Shown piece by piece: positions 41,442 through 41,520 of a stretch of 41,520 nucleotides of DNA (positions within the stretch are counted from its first letter, which is position 1; every line of letters begins with the position of its first letter). Under the pieces are notes generated by a model. That model worked only from the letters and a program-made list of their open reading frames with translations. It had not been told where the DNA came from and searched no databases. The position numbers and the translations under genes are program-made. The stretch is taken from positions 1 to 41,520 of IMG/VR virus record IMGVR_UViG_3300036821_000042. One strand, written 5' to 3'. The DNA is from a virus. Taxonomy: Duplodnaviria > Caudoviricetes.

Positions 41442-41520
41442 CGCTTACCCCAGGTTGAGTCGGCGCGGCTGACCGGCCACACTGATTCGCGTTAGCCAGA
41501 CCACGAGCGGCGATACAACC

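Noticed and set aside
1-41520. Integrase, tRNA genes, DNA or RNA polymerase, tape-measure protein
   Set aside because: No supporting motifs recognised by eye; tRNAscan and HMM searches would be needed to exclude them formally.

Overview
The window looks like most or all of a GC-rich tailed dsDNA phage genome with a podovirus-type layout; a proteobacterial, possibly alphaproteobacterial, host is inferred but not proven. + strand 0.4-4.5 kb: early region of small genes (DUF932 first), several preceded by similar long hairpins and a shared RBS motif. + strand 4.9-23.9 kb: large terminase, FmdB-type zinc ribbon, portal, scaffold, major capsid, IPT/TIG decoration protein, adaptor, a wHTH moron, tail nozzle, a tandem array of Arg-rich protamine-like microproteins, VRR-NUC nuclease, GNAT-like protein and four internal/ejection proteins. 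- strand 24.1-27.6 kb: YqaJ/lambda-type exonuclease, ERF annealase, an Acb2/Tad1-like hairpin protein and a small Cys-rich lipopeptide, divergent from an HTH regulator. - strand 28-32.3 kb: multidomain amidase endolysin, small genes and a peptide with an FtsZ C-terminal-like motif. 32.3-35.3 kb: probable origin and a TOPRIM primase/SF3 helicase. + strand 35.4-41 kb: a separate tail-fibre module. No integrase, DNA or RNA polymerase, tRNA or CRISPR array was recognised. The most unusual feature is the set of at least six translationally linked protamine-like microproteins (20-59 aa, up to 60% Arg), mostly missed by the ORF track, inside the virion operon, plus a seventh Arg-tailed protein elsewhere. 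All family assignments are from motif recognition, not database searches.
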